Origin: Clostridiaceae bacterium
GTDB taxonomy: Bacteria > Bacillota > Clostridia > Lachnospirales > Lachnospiraceae
DNA: 64,000 bases
Direction of reading: 5' to 3'
Assembly (NCBI GenBank): GCA_021200535.1
Contig: JAJQGL010000114.1
Location: 1,171 to 65,170, forward strand
In this document: positions 39,139 to 49,439 of the stretch, one piece after another
How positions within the stretch are numbered: position 1 is the stretch's first letter
How the letters are laid out: every line of letters begins with the position of its first letter
Made by a program: the position numbers and the translations under genes
Notes under the pieces: model-generated
The model's database searches: none
What the model saw: only the letters and a program-made list of their open reading frames with translations
What the model was told of the DNA's origin: nothing

Positions 39139-41058
39139 TTATCTGGTCCGGGAGTGATAGCGAACCTTATCCTCATACATTTTCTCGTCTGCCTCTTTAA
39201 TAAATTCGTCCAGTGTAATCTGTTCATTCGGAACAGCGGCGACATATCCAATGCTTGCAGTTACTTTATACGGTTTTTGTGTTTTTTTGTTGAAATCATC
39301 CAGAAAATCCTGAATTTTACGGCAATATTCCAATCCATCCTCCGCCTTCCCAATTTTCCCGGCGGCAACAAATTCATCACCTCCAAAACAGGCACAGGTG
39401 ATATCCTCCGGCGAAACGACATGCAGTGCCCGCCCAATGGTAGAAATGGCAATATCGCCGTCTGCATGCCCATAAGTATCGTTAATCTGCTTTAGTCCGT
39501 TCAAATCCACTGACACGACCAGTAATACCGCATTGTCCCGGACGCAGGACTCATATACCGGAGTGAGCCGCTGATAAAATCCTCTTCTGTTAAACAGTCC
39601 GGTCATTGGGTCATGAACATATTTAATTTCCAGATTATTGATAATTGCCTGCTGGCGCTGCCGGATTTTAGTTGCCTCCATCGCATTGCTGATATTCATA
39701 AAAAACGGATAGGTAAATTTCATTCTCATAACATCCGGTTCATATACAAGCGCCACATAACCGATTGTCTGCTCAAGGACATGCAGCGGCAAAAACATCA
39801 CGTTGTTATTTGTCTCAAACACCTCCGGCAGATTCGGCAGCAGAGCAGATGTATTAAAGTCCATAATGCCCATCCATTCTCCGTCATACCGGGAAAGCAT
39901 AATATCCATTTTTCCGGAATACCCCATCCGTTTAAACCCGGCTTCCTCAATAATGTCTGTCAGCGCCTCTTTTTCAATCAAAAAATCATCTACCACACAA
40001 AGCCAGAATTTCCGCGCATAGAAATCTTCTGAATATTTCTGCATGATGTCCGCAAACAATCCCTGAAATGTATCATTATCCATCAGATCAGCCGTCATGG
40101 CAATCTGGTTCCGGTTAAATTTATCATACGCATTGATCTGCTCATACAGATCTCTCGCTAACGCTTTATACTGATGCACCCCCGTATCTGTACAGCCGCA
40201 GGAGGAACCATAAATAATCTTAGAATCCACCCAGATCTGTGTCTCCGGTTCTTCTCCCTGAAATACCCTGTCCAAAATTTCAAACGCAATCCTCGCCGTC
40301 TTCTGAAAATCCTGTTTTGCCGTCGTAATAGACGGAGAGTGTTCCAATGCCTCCTCAATCCCGTCAAAACCCGTTACCGCAACATCCTCCGGAATATGAT
40401 AGCCCGCTTCCGAAAGATATTTATACGCAGTCAAAGCCATCGTATCATTTGCACAGACAATCGCTTCCGGAAAAGCAAGGTCACTCTGGATAAACTCCCG
40501 GACTACCTGTTCGGTAGGCACACTCCAAAAACCTCCATAGCCAATGCGCCCCTCTTCTACCGGAATATGGTGGCGTTCCAGCACTCTTTTATATGCATTG
40601 AGCCGGTCGTCTGAAAAAGCATTGTCTTTCAGTCCGGCAATAAAATTTATACGCTTATAGTGATGCTTTTCTACAAGATGTGTGACAATTTCTTCCATTG
40701 CCCTGCTGTAACGGAAATTAATGTTATAGCAGCCTTCTAAATACTGATCCAGTGAAACGACCGGAATCTTATGCTGCGACGCCCTTTCCACAATTTCCTG
40801 GCGAACGGTATCGTCCTTGATCATCTCCGTAAGCATAATGATGCCATCCAGCAAATGATAATTCATCAGATGAAAAATATTTGCCTCACCCATATCATGT
40901 TTTCCGGAATCATACAGGGAACTAAATGAATTAAAAAACAGTATCTTAAAATGGAACTGCTGTGCATACTCGCAAAAGGCTTTCCATAAAGCCTCATTAT
41001 AATTTTCATCCATCCCGGCAGAACATACCGCAATCCACTTTGTTTTCTTTTCAGACAA
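39139..41058 (-). CDS. LacI/periplasmic-binding-type sensor fused to a GGDEF domain
   Basis: DGII, RINFIAG, EAIVCANDTMA, PEDVAVTGFD, followed by DPMTGLFNRRG, DLNGLKQINDTYGH and FGGDEF. TTG start with RBS. Confidence 0.9.
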   Translation of the reverse strand: MSEKKTKWIAVCSAGMDENYNEALWKAFCEYAQQFHFKILFFNSFSSLYDSGKHDMGEANIFHLMNYHLLDGIIMLTEMIKDDTVRQEIVERASQHKIPVVSLDQYLEGCYNINFRYSRAMEEIVTHLVEKHHYKRINFIAGLKDNAFSDDRLNAYKRVLERHHIPVEEGRIGYGGFWSVPTEQVVREFIQSDLAFPEAIVCANDTMALTAYKYLSEAGYHIPEDVAVTGFDGIEEALEHSPSITTAKQDFQKTARIAFEILDRVFQGEEPETQIWVDSKIIYGSSCGCTDTGVHQYKALARDLYEQINAYDKFNRNQIAMTADLMDNDTFQGLFADIMQKYSEDFYARKFWLCVVDDFLIEKEALTDIIEEAGFKRMGYSGKMDIMLSRYDGEWMGIMDFNTSALLPNLPEVFETNNNVMFLPLHVLEQTIGYVALVYEPDVMRMKFTYPFFMNISNAMEATKIRQRQQAIINNLEIKYVHDPMTGLFNRRGFYQRLTPVYESCVRDNAVLLVVSVDLNGLKQINDTYGHADGDIAISTIGRALHVVSPEDITCACFGGDEFVAAGKIGKAEDGLEYCRKIQDFLDDFNKKTQKPYKVTASIGYVAAVPNEQITLDEFIKEADEKMYEDKVRYHSRTR

Positions 41059-41096
41059 AGCTTATGTACCCCCTTATTTACTGCCTCTGTTTTCTC

Positions 41097-41166
41097 TAGT
41101 GTGTCACTTTCTAATTGTATCAGGACATGCCCGCAGGCCTTGGCGCAATTAGAAAATGACACACTA
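41097..41166. repeat. 70-bp inverted repeat (21-bp arms, 28-nt loop)
   Basis: TAGTGTGTCACTTTCTAATTG (41097-41117) matches the reverse complement of 41146-41166 at 20/21 positions. Confidence 0.8.
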
Positions 41167-41357
41167 ACAGATTGTGCGCAGAAAATGTCTGACAGATCAG
41201 ACATTTTCAATTCATATCTATATAACAAAAACCATCTCCAATGTTATAGTATACTTGATTCTTTTTTTATGTTCAAGTTTATTTTCTCCGCTTTGGAACA
41301 GTTTTCGTAATTTTTTCGTAAATTTATACTCGCTTTTTTCCAATTTGTGCCATTTTT

Positions 41358-41399
41358 CGAACATACGTACTTGCTTTGTATGCAAAATCATGTTACTAT
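41358..41399 (+). promoter_or_regulatory. uvrA promoter with adjacent LexA (SOS) box
   Basis: TTGCTT-17 nt-TACTAT with extended TG. CGAAC-ATAC-GTAC abuts the -35 and differs by one base from the Firmicute GAAC-N4-GTTC box. Confidence 0.65.
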
Positions 41400-41482
41400 A
41401 GCGAATATCAAATATTTCATAATATTGGCGGCAAAAGCCGCGCATCATAGTATACAGCATATAGCAAAAACGGAGGCCGAGA

Positions 41483-44341
41483 ATGAGCAGACACGCAGAA
41501 GCGAAAAAATATATCAAAATCAAAGGTGCCAGCGAACACAACCTGAAAAATATCGACGTTAATATTCCCCGGGACGAGTTTGTCGTAATCACCGGGCTGA
41601 GCGGCTCCGGCAAATCGTCTCTTGCCTTTGACACCATTTATGCCGAAGGGCAGCGGCGTTATATGGAATCACTATCCTCTTATGCGAGAATGTTTTTGGG
41701 GCGGATGGAAAAGCCAAAAGTGGAAAGCATCGAAGGCTTGTCTCCTGCCATCTCGATTGACCAGAAGTCAACAAACCGGAATCCGCGCTCCACGGTAGGC
41801 ACCGTGACGGAAATCTATGACTATTACCGCCTTCTTTTTGCCCGCGTTGGCATTCCCCATTGTCCAAAATGCGGAAAAGAGATCAAAAAACAGACTGTTG
41901 ATCAGATGGTCGATGAAATTATGGGCTATGAGGCAGGCACAAAGCTTCAGCTTCTCGCACCGGTTGTCCGCGGGCGCAAAGGCGAACATGCCAAAGTGCT
42001 GCAATCCGCACGGAAAAGCGGCTATGTACGCGTTATCATAGACGGACATCTGTATGAACTCTCGGAAGAAATTAAACTGGAAAAAAACAAAAAGCACACG
42101 ATTGAGATTATGGTAGACCGCCTGGTTGTCCGGGAAGGGATCGAAAAACGCCTGTCCGATTCCATTGAAAATGTGCTGCGGCTGTCTGACGGACTGATGA
42201 CCGTAGACATTCCGGGCAAAACACAGATTCATTTCAGCCAGAGCTTTTCCTGCCCGGACTGCGGCATTAGCATAGACGAAATTGAACCGCGGAATTTTTC
42301 GTTTAACAATCCGTTCGGCGCATGTGAAACCTGTCACGGCCTCGGCTTTAGCATGGAATTTTCAGAAGATCTGATCGTACCCGACCCGACAAAAAGCATT
42401 CCGGAGGGCGCCCTTACCGTGCCGGGCTGGCAGTCCGCCACAAAACCGTCAAGCTACGGCCGTTCTATTCTGGATGCAATGGCAAGGGAATATGGCTTTG
42501 ACCTGAACATGCCATATGGGGATTTATCCGCAGAAACCAAAAGGCTGATTATGTACGGCACCGGGAATAAAACGGTCCGCGTCAAATATACCGGCCAGCG
42601 CGGCACCGGCATATATGACATTGCTTTCGAGGGAGTCATCCGCAACGTAGAACGCCGCTACCGCGAAATCAGCTCAGAAACGGCAAAAAAAGAATATGAA
42701 TCTTTTATGGAGATCATTCCCTGTACCGCCTGTAAGGGAAAACGCCTGAAACCCGGCGTCCTCGCTGTCACAATCGACGGCAAAAACATATCCGAAATCA
42801 CCGAAATGCCGATCTGCGACCTGGTAAATTATATGAATTCTCTTTCCCTGACAAAACGGCAGCTTGCTATCGGCGAACAGGTACTGCGTGAAATCAACGC
42901 AAGGCTTGGCTTCTTAATGGATGTCGGGCTTGGATACCTGTCGCTTGCCAGAAACGCCGGCTCCCTATCCGGCGGCGAAGCGCAGCGCATCCGTCTTGCG
43001 ACACAGATTGGTTCCGGTCTTGTCGGCGTCGCCTATATTCTGGACGAGCCAAGCATCGGGCTTCACCAGCGGGACAATGATAAATTATTAGCTACACTAA
43101 TCCGTCTGAAAAACCTTGGAAATACGCTGCTTGTAGTCGAACACGACGAGGACACCATGCTGGCTGCAGACCATATCATTGACGTAGGTCCCGGCGCAGG
43201 CATTCACGGTGGGCACATCATTGCCGAGGGAACCGCAGAGGAAATCATGCAGCAGGAGGCATCTGTCACCGGGGCATATCTGAGCGGCAGGATTCAGATA
43301 CCAATTCCCGAAAAGCGCAGAAAACCAACCGGTTTTATCGTGGTCAAAAAGGCAGCGGAAAACAACTTAAAAAACATTGATGTTACATTTCCGCTCGGCG
43401 TACTGACCTGCGTAACAGGGGTTTCCGGCTCCGGTAAAAGCTCCCTGGTCAACGAAATTTTATACAAAAGCCTTGCCAAAAACCTGAACCATGCCCACTG
43501 TATTCCGGGCAAACACAAGGAGATTACCGGTCTGGAACAGCTGGACAAAGTGATTGCGATTGACCAGTCACCGATCGGGCGCACGCCGCGGTCTAACCCG
43601 GCAACCTATACCGGCGTATTTGACCTGATACGCGATCTGTTTACATCCACCCCGGATGCAAAGGCAAAGGGCTACAAAAAAGGCAGATTCAGCTTTAACG
43701 CAAAGGGAGGACGCTGTGAAGCATGCAGCGGAGACGGCATCAACAAAATCGAAATGAATTTCCTGCCGGATATCTATATCCCGTGCGAGGTCTGCCACGG
43801 AAAACGCTACAACCGGGATACCCTGGATGTCAGATACAAGGGAAAAAACATTGCCGATGTACTGGATATGACAGTAGAAGAGGCGCTGCATTTCTTTGAA
43901 CCGCTTCCGAAAATCCGCCGGAAAATAGAAACACTGTTTGATGTCGGATTGTCCTATGTCAAACTGGGACAGCCATCAACAACGCTTTCCGGCGGCGAAG
44001 CGCAGCGCATTAAGCTTGCAGCGGAGCTAAGCAAACGCAGCACAGGAAAAACCTTTTACGTGCTCGACGAGCCTACCACAGGGCTGCATTTTGCCGATGT
44101 ACACAAACTAATTAACATTCTTCACCGACTTGCAGAAAGCGGCAATACGGTCGTTGTCATTGAGCATAACCTTGATGTGATCAAGACTGCAGATTATATT
44201 ATTGATATCGGTCCGGAGGGCGGAGACCGCGGCGGTACGGTTGTCGCAGCCGGAACCCCGGAACAGGTGGCCGAAAACAAAAAATCCTATACCGGACTTT
44301 ATATCAAAAAAATGTTTGACAAAGCCGCCAGAAACCAATGA
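41483..44341 (+). CDS. uvrA: Excinuclease ABC subunit A
   Basis: Two ABC ATPase modules ([29 protein letters not shown]) and zinc fingers. Confidence 0.99.
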   Translation: MSRHAEAKKYIKIKGASEHNLKNIDVNIPRDEFVVITGLSGSGKSSLAFDTIYAEGQRRYMESLSSYARMFLGRMEKPKVESIEGLSPAISIDQKSTNRNPRSTVGTVTEIYDYYRLLFARVGIPHCPKCGKEIKKQTVDQMVDEIMGYEAGTKLQLLAPVVRGRKGEHAKVLQSARKSGYVRVIIDGHLYELSEEIKLEKNKKHTIEIMVDRLVVREGIEKRLSDSIENVLRLSDGLMTVDIPGKTQIHFSQSFSCPDCGISIDEIEPRNFSFNNPFGACETCHGLGFSMEFSEDLIVPDPTKSIPEGALTVPGWQSATKPSSYGRSILDAMAREYGFDLNMPYGDLSAETKRLIMYGTGNKTVRVKYTGQRGTGIYDIAFEGVIRNVERRYREISSETAKKEYESFMEIIPCTACKGKRLKPGVLAVTIDGKNISEITEMPICDLVNYMNSLSLTKRQLAIGEQVLREINARLGFLMDVGLGYLSLARNAGSLSGGEAQRIRLATQIGSGLVGVAYILDEPSIGLHQRDNDKLLATLIRLKNLGNTLLVVEHDEDTMLAADHIIDVGPGAGIHGGHIIAEGTAEEIMQQEASVTGAYLSGRIQIPIPEKRRKPTGFIVVKKAAENNLKNIDVTFPLGVLTCVTGVSGSGKSSLVNEILYKSLAKNLNHAHCIPGKHKEITGLEQLDKVIAIDQSPIGRTPRSNPATYTGVFDLIRDLFTSTPDAKAKGYKKGRFSFNAKGGRCEACSGDGINKIEMNFLPDIYIPCEVCHGKRYNRDTLDVRYKGKNIADVLDMTVEEALHFFEPLPKIRRKIETLFDVGLSYVKLGQPSTTLSGGEAQRIKLAAELSKRSTGKTFYVLDEPTTGLHFADVHKLINILHRLAESGNTVVVIEHNLDVIKTADYIIDIGPEGGDRGGTVVAAGTPEQVAENKKSYTGLYIKKMFDKAARNQ

Positions 44342-44368
44342 CAGAACAACGGAGTAAAACACTCCGGA

Positions 44369-44974
44369 ATGGAGATTGACATGAAGCCAAAAAAATATTC
44401 TTTTTATGCCATGCTGGCACGTATGAAATATATTGAGCGATGGGCTCTGATGCGCAATTCTGCTGCAGAAAATATCAGCGAACACTCGCTGGAGGTATCT
44501 GTCATTGCGCATGCTCTCGCCCTGCTTGGCAACAAACGGCTTGGGAAAAGCTATAATCCGGAGCACACTGCCATGCTCGGGATATACCACGACTGCACAG
44601 AGATTATTACCGGCGACATGCCGACCCCGATCAAATACGAAAACCCTGAAATTCAGGCGGCATATAAACAAATCGAAAAAACAGCCGCCTTTCGGCTGCT
44701 CAATATGCTTCCAGACGATCTCCGTCCGGAATACGAAGCATATTTTATCGAATCACCGGAAGATAAGGATGCATACCGGCTTGTAAAAGCTGCAGACAAA
44801 ATCTCTGCGCTGATCAAATGCATAGAAGAAGAAAAGGCCGGCAATCAGGAATTTCGCAGTGCCAGAAAAACCATTACCGCTTCCCTGGCGGACATGCACT
44901 GTCCTGAAGCCGACCTGTTTATACAGGAATTTTTACCGCTGTATCAGCTAACCTTAGACGAATTAAATGAGTGA
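44369..44974 (+). CDS. yfbR: 5'-deoxynucleotidase (HD domain)
   Basis: RMKYIERWALMRN, ENISEHS, YHDCTEIITGDMPTPIKY, VKAADK. Confidence 0.9.
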   Translation: MEIDMKPKKYSFYAMLARMKYIERWALMRNSAAENISEHSLEVSVIAHALALLGNKRLGKSYNPEHTAMLGIYHDCTEIITGDMPTPIKYENPEIQAAYKQIEKTAAFRLLNMLPDDLRPEYEAYFIESPEDKDAYRLVKAADKISALIKCIEEEKAGNQEFRSARKTITASLADMHCPEADLFIQEFLPLYQLTLDELNE

Positions 44975-45006
44975 GCCTAAAAGCAGGACGCACCAGTCTG
45001 CAGCAG

Positions 45007-45426
45007 TTAAAATCCTTTTCGGATTTCTTCCGCTACAGACTGGATGTCTATTGTAATTGGCTCACCAAATTTCATTGTCACGTTATCATCCTCATAACGC
45101 GGAATTAAATGCATATGAAAGTGAAATTCTGTCTGTCCTGCAATTTCTCCGTTATTCTGCAGCAGGTTGAGCCCGTCACAGTGAAGCACTTTTTTCAAAA
45201 CCTTACTGCATTTCTGGGCGACTAAAAGCACTCTGCTGCAATATTCCTCCGGCAGCTCATAAATATTCTCTGCATGTGTCTTTGGCAGAATAATACAATG
45301 CCCCTTCGTAATCGGCTTAAGATCCATAACCACTTTAAAATAATCATCCTCATAAATCGCATCTGTCGGAAGCTCTCCATGTGCCAGCTTGCAAAAAATA
45401 CATTCTGTTTCTTTTTTTTGTTCCAT
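45007..45426 (-). CDS. HIT family nucleotide-binding protein
   Basis: CIFCK, GHCIILPK, QNNG..AGQ, HFHMH. GGAGG precedes ATG 45426. Confidence 0.93.
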   Translation of the reverse strand: MEQKKETECIFCKLAHGELPTDAIYEDDYFKVVMDLKPITKGHCIILPKTHAENIYELPEEYCSRVLLVAQKCSKVLKKVLHCDGLNLLQNNGEIAGQTEFHFHMHLIPRYEDDNVTMKFGEPITIDIQSVAEEIRKGF

Positions 45427-45451
45427 CTTCATCCTCCATTCTTTTTTTGCC

Positions 45452-45539
45452 AGCAAACAATAATTTATTATTGTTTGCTTGATAACAATAATTTATTATT
45501 GTTTGCTTGATAACAATAACTTATTCTTGTTTGCTTGAT
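45452..45539. repeat. Three tandem 28-bp units, each with an AT-rich palindrome
   Basis: AACAATAATTTATTATTGTTTGCTTGAT at 45456 and 45484, with a 2-mismatch copy at 45512. 45452-45479 is a perfect 13-2-13 inverted repeat. Confidence 0.9.
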
Positions 45540-46558
45540 ATACCCTTTTCTGCCTGTTTCTGCTGCGCCCCAAAACGGAACAGAAGGTCAAGGGACTGGA
45601 GCAGCTTAAAATTCCCCCTTGCTGTCAGGTCACCGGACAGAAACGCCGCCTGTACAGTAGATTCTCCCCGTATAATCTTCTCAATAACCTCCTGATTTGA
45701 CCGGATTGCCACATCGACATCTTCTTTCCCGCCGTATGAGCAATGCAGCTTTTCATTATCGATTTCCACAATCAGCTTCCTGTTCTGCTCTCTGATTTCC
45801 CAGGAAAAAGAAAGAGCCAGATCCGGGACAGGACAAAACGCCTGTGTGAACACATCAATATATGGCTGCTCTGCAGCGGCGGGCACGTCACCCATCATTT
45901 CCTTAAACATCCGGGTAAGCTCCTGAATGTCCTCCTTTTGCTGTTTTACATAGGAATCATCTGAGACATAAATTGAAAGCTGTTCACTCTCCTGCGGCGT
46001 AAGGCTGATCGTTTTGGGACGAAGCACATTGTCCCTGACCGCAATACTGCTGGATGGAAAGGAGCTTAATTTTTTAGAAAATGTACGGTAAAAATTTTCC
46101 GTCTTTTTCTCAATCAAATACGCATAGTCTGCACTGGTTTCAAAAGCAACCGGATCGCTTACATAAGAACAGATTCCATCACACGGAATCCCGCCTAACA
46201 TCTCCCATGCCCTCACCAGCGTAAACTGTGCATCCTTTTCCCCGTAGGTCGTCGCCATAACAAGCGGCATCATATACAGCGACTTGATTTTCTCCTTATC
46301 CCCATACAGCCAGCAGGCATCCAAAAACTGCCACAAAAGACCGCCAATTCCCATCCATTCCACTGATGCCGCCAAAATAACTGCATCTGCCTCTTTTAGC
46401 GTCTTTGGGAGAACAGAGATCCCGCGCTTGTCCTCATATAAATTATATTTTTTCACTTTGATGTTTAATTCATCCAAAACAGTGGTAATTTTGCTGATTG
46501 CAAACAGGGATGGATCTTCAATTAATCCCCTGCCCCCATAGTAAATGTTTACTTTCAA
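45521..46558 (-). CDS. Flavodoxin-like (NAD(P)H-dependent FMN reductase-like) domain fused to a C-terminal SCP2 sterol-binding domain
   Basis: N-terminal flavodoxin-like fold (EADAVILAASVEW). C-terminus VDVAIRS...QAAFLSGDLTARGNF is SCP2-like. Confidence 0.75.
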   Translation of the reverse strand: MKVNIYYGGRGLIEDPSLFAISKITTVLDELNIKVKKYNLYEDKRGISVLPKTLKEADAVILAASVEWMGIGGLLWQFLDACWLYGDKEKIKSLYMMPLVMATTYGEKDAQFTLVRAWEMLGGIPCDGICSYVSDPVAFETSADYAYLIEKKTENFYRTFSKKLSSFPSSSIAVRDNVLRPKTISLTPQESEQLSIYVSDDSYVKQQKEDIQELTRMFKEMMGDVPAAAEQPYIDVFTQAFCPVPDLALSFSWEIREQNRKLIVEIDNEKLHCSYGGKEDVDVAIRSNQEVIEKIIRGESTVQAAFLSGDLTARGNFKLLQSLDLLFRFGAQQKQAEKGISSKQE

Positions 46559-47631
46559 TTCGGTTCTCTCCTTTTGCTCTTGATTGCCGCCTGCCTGCGT
46601 CTCAGCGCAAGGAACGGAACTGCTAAAATAAATCCGCTGATAAAACCGCCGATATGGGCGGCGTTGTCCACGCCCTGACTTGTCAAACCGCCATATAAAC
46701 TAAAAAGCGCCATAAAAGCTACCTTGCCCACAGTATACTCTCCCGTCTTTCCCCTGTAGTAAATAACGACAAACAGCATTGCGCCCACCGTGCCGAAAAT
46801 AGCGCCTGACGCGCCAGCCGAAGCGACATATTCATTTTGAATCATATTATAAACCATTGACGTACACCCTGCAAGAATTCCCGACGCGAAATATAATATA
46901 CCATACAGCACACTTCCCAGCTGACGCTCCAGATAATACCCAATAACAGCCAGCATAAGCATATTATTAAAAATATGGTCTATGCCGCTGTGCAGAAACA
47001 TACATGTCACCAGCCGGTACCACTGTCCATCCTGCAGAACAGACCACCAGCTCAGCGCGCCCGAATCCATGAGCCAGTCACCGGAAATACCCGAAAAATA
47101 TTCCGTATACAAAAATATTAACACGTTTAACAAAATAACGCCAATCGTGCAGTATGGCAGCCATGTCTTTCTTTTCGGGTTTCCCATGCCGGCATCTGCC
47201 CGGCGCACAGGCAGTTCAAAAGCCCGTTCAAGCGGCATCAGCAGAATCCCAAACATGGCATCCGTATTTTCATACGGCATGACCCTGCCCTCCTGCGGGC
47301 AAATCCTCCAAACGCCTTCATAGTGATGAAACAGCCGGGACATACTGCTGTCATCTTCTGTGATCAGAATATATAAAAAATAACTGCGGCTGCAATTCCT
47401 TTTTCGCAAAAACTCACGAAACTGTTCCGAGATGTGATAAAACTGCTCCAAAGACAGTTTCACGCCTGCCGTCTCATCCAGCGTGACAACTGCATATCCT
47501 GTCTCCCCCTCCTGACGGAGCGCCAGGTGCACGCCGGAAACATTTAATGCAATATCCTCATATAAATATTGTCTCAGAACCGATAGCACTTTTTGGTACA
47601 TTCTACACCTCAAATTCATATATTTTTTCAT
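46555..47631 (-). CDS. Rhomboid family intramembrane serine protease with N-terminal soluble domain
   Basis: WYRLVTCMFLH, HIFNNM, GASGAIFG (catalytic Ser), AHIGG (catalytic His). Confidence 0.93.
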   Translation of the reverse strand: MKKYMNLRCRMYQKVLSVLRQYLYEDIALNVSGVHLALRQEGETGYAVVTLDETAGVKLSLEQFYHISEQFREFLRKRNCSRSYFLYILITEDDSSMSRLFHHYEGVWRICPQEGRVMPYENTDAMFGILLMPLERAFELPVRRADAGMGNPKRKTWLPYCTIGVILLNVLIFLYTEYFSGISGDWLMDSGALSWWSVLQDGQWYRLVTCMFLHSGIDHIFNNMLMLAVIGYYLERQLGSVLYGILYFASGILAGCTSMVYNMIQNEYVASAGASGAIFGTVGAMLFVVIYYRGKTGEYTVGKVAFMALFSLYGGLTSQGVDNAAHIGGFISGFILAVPFLALRRRQAAIKSKRREPN

Positions 47632-47780
47632 TCATTCTATCATTATTTTCCTAAAAAGCAAGTACGGTGTCGAAAAAGAAATAAATATGAAAGCGGATAC
47701 CCCTTTACGCCCAAAGCCGCATAATACTATCATATTTTTAAGCCATTCCGGCTGCAAATAGATCGTAGGGGGTAACCAAT

Positions 47781-48542
47781 GTGAAAAATTTATTAGAAAA
47801 TTATGATCTGCTGTTTGCCATGACAATCCTGTCTGCTGCTGCAATCCTGCTCAAGTGCATCTGCGCGATTATCTATCAGGTAATTCTACGGGACAGCGAA
47901 CAGATAACGACAACAAAAAACAAATGGATCCGCAGTATGATCACCCGTTTTGAAGCATGTTACAAATTAAAGCTTCCCATCAATAATCCGGCGCGTTTTG
48001 TAGAAAATGCCCTGGAACATTACCATTTTTTAGGTATGAGCATCCGCAGCTTTGAAAATGCCGATATTTTCTGCGGCCTGATCTTAATCGAAACAACTCT
48101 GCTAAGCATCATGGGCAGTATCTATTATAACTTTTCCGCACAGTGGATTGCAATCCATGCAATCACTCTGGCGCTCTATCTCCTGCTTCTCTGTGTCGGT
48201 GAGTTTCTCTTTCAGGTGCGCCGCAAACGGAAACGCCTGCAGCTGCAGCTGGTCAATTATTTCGAAAACACCCTGCAGCCAAAGCTGGAAAATCAGTATC
48301 TTCATCCAGAAGAGCGCACCGCATATCAGAATGAATATTTTGAGGAAAATCATGCGCCAAAGCAGGCTGCTCCAACAGCTATGACCCAGGGAATCACCGA
48401 GGATATGCAGGAATTAATTGATTCCCTGATGGCAGAAAGTAAAATCACACAACAAATCGAAGAAAAAAAGGAGCAGCTTAACACTGCCGCAACCAATGAA
48501 AAAATGCGGCTGGTAGAAGAAATCATGCGGGAATATCTTTAA
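47781..48542 (+). CDS. Hypothetical membrane protein
   Basis: 253 aa with three hydrophobic segments. GTG start after AGGGGG; no family recognised. Confidence 0.7.
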   Translation: MKNLLENYDLLFAMTILSAAAILLKCICAIIYQVILRDSEQITTTKNKWIRSMITRFEACYKLKLPINNPARFVENALEHYHFLGMSIRSFENADIFCGLILIETTLLSIMGSIYYNFSAQWIAIHAITLALYLLLLCVGEFLFQVRRKRKRLQLQLVNYFENTLQPKLENQYLHPEERTAYQNEYFEENHAPKQAAPTAMTQGITEDMQELIDSLMAESKITQQIEEKKEQLNTAATNEKMRLVEEIMREYL

Positions 48543-48573
48543 ATCCCCGCAATGCCGCTTGCAATTCCGCCTG

Positions 48574-48642
48574 TAATGCCACCGGCAGATCGCTTATAAT
48601 GCCATCGGCAGAACACTTGTAATGCCACCGGCAGAATGCTTG
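48574..48642 (+). repeat. Three tandem 23-bp repeats with an internal TGCC-N3-GGCA palindrome
   Basis: TAATGCCACCGGCAGATCGCTTA / TAATGCCATCGGCAGAACACTTG / TAATGCCACCGGCAGAATGCTTG, plus degenerate flanking units. Confidence 0.85.
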
Positions 48643-48716
48643 TGATACCGTGTGCAGGGCGCTTTGCAGAGCTGATCAGATTCATGCAAAAATAAGGACA
48701 GAAATGGAGAATCAAT

Positions 48717-49439
48717 ATGGAAAAAAGATATAGTATTTCAGACGCTGCCAGACAACTTAACGTGGAAAGCCATGTGCTTCGCTACTGGGAACTGGAGCTT
48801 GGACTTCACATTGCCAGGAACAGCCAGGGACACCGTTTTTACCAGCAGGACGATATTGAGCTTCTGCGTGCAATTAAAGATTTAAAGGAGCAGGGTTTTC
48901 AGCTAAAAGCGATCAAACTGATCCTGCCAGACATAAAAAACGTCCGTCAGATGAATCCGCAAAAGCTGTACCGGCTCCGGGAAGAACTAAACCAGCAGGT
49001 GCAGATAGACGAAGCATCCTCAGGCTCCGGCAGCCACTACGGACAGGTCATGCCGCTTCATCCCCAAAACAGAAATGTCACTTCCCGTTATCCTTCAGAT
49101 AATTATGAATCCTCTGAGGACAAGCTGCGCCATTTTGAAGCCATGATGAGAAAAATGATCCGCACTACAGTGGAGGACATGGAACGGGAATCGGAAGAGC
49201 GGATCTGCGAGCGGATTACCACAAAGCTAATGAAAGAAATGGACTATCTGACGCGCCAGAAAGAGGAACTCCAGGAACGCCAGATAACCCTTCTGCAGCA
49301 GATACTTACCGAAGTACAAAATGGCGGCATTGCAGAGGCAGCTGCCAGCACAGAACAAAAAGGCAAGCTTCCCGCAGGAACCAAAAACACCAGGAAGGCC
49401 GGAGAGCACCATAAAAAATTATTTGCTAAGAAGAAGTAA
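48717..49439 (+). CDS. MerR-type HTH protein with C-terminal coiled coil
   Basis: YSISDAARQLNVESHVLRYWE...RNSQGHRFY...I..LKEQG, followed by a heptad-rich C-terminus. Confidence 0.85.
   Translation: MEKRYSISDAARQLNVESHVLRYWELELGLHIARNSQGHRFYQQDDIELLRAIKDLKEQGFQLKAIKLILPDIKNVRQMNPQKLYRLREELNQQVQIDEASSGSGSHYGQVMPLHPQNRNVTSRYPSDNYESSEDKLRHFEAMMRKMIRTTVEDMERESEERICERITTKLMKEMDYLTRQKEELQERQITLLQQILTEVQNGGIAEAAASTEQKGKLPAGTKNTRKAGEHHKKLFAKKK

Noticed and set aside
41397-41408. TATAGCGAATAT shared with 50141 as another element end
   Set aside because: It coincides with the uvrA -10 box, lacks the CTAG, and a 12-mer match in AT-rich intergenic DNA is not significant.
41218-41637. 139-aa minus-strand ORF in the GGDEF-uvrA gap
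   Set aside because: It overlaps the uvrA start in antisense and crosses promoter and LexA elements, with no motif or RBS.
45452-45539. Possible CRISPR array (28-bp palindromic repeats)
   Set aside because: The units are head-to-tail with no spacers, and one copy is the end of a coding sequence.
48574-48642. Possible CRISPR array or iteron origin
   Set aside because: There are no spacers, and no Rep gene, DnaA-box cluster or AT-rich unwinding region nearby.
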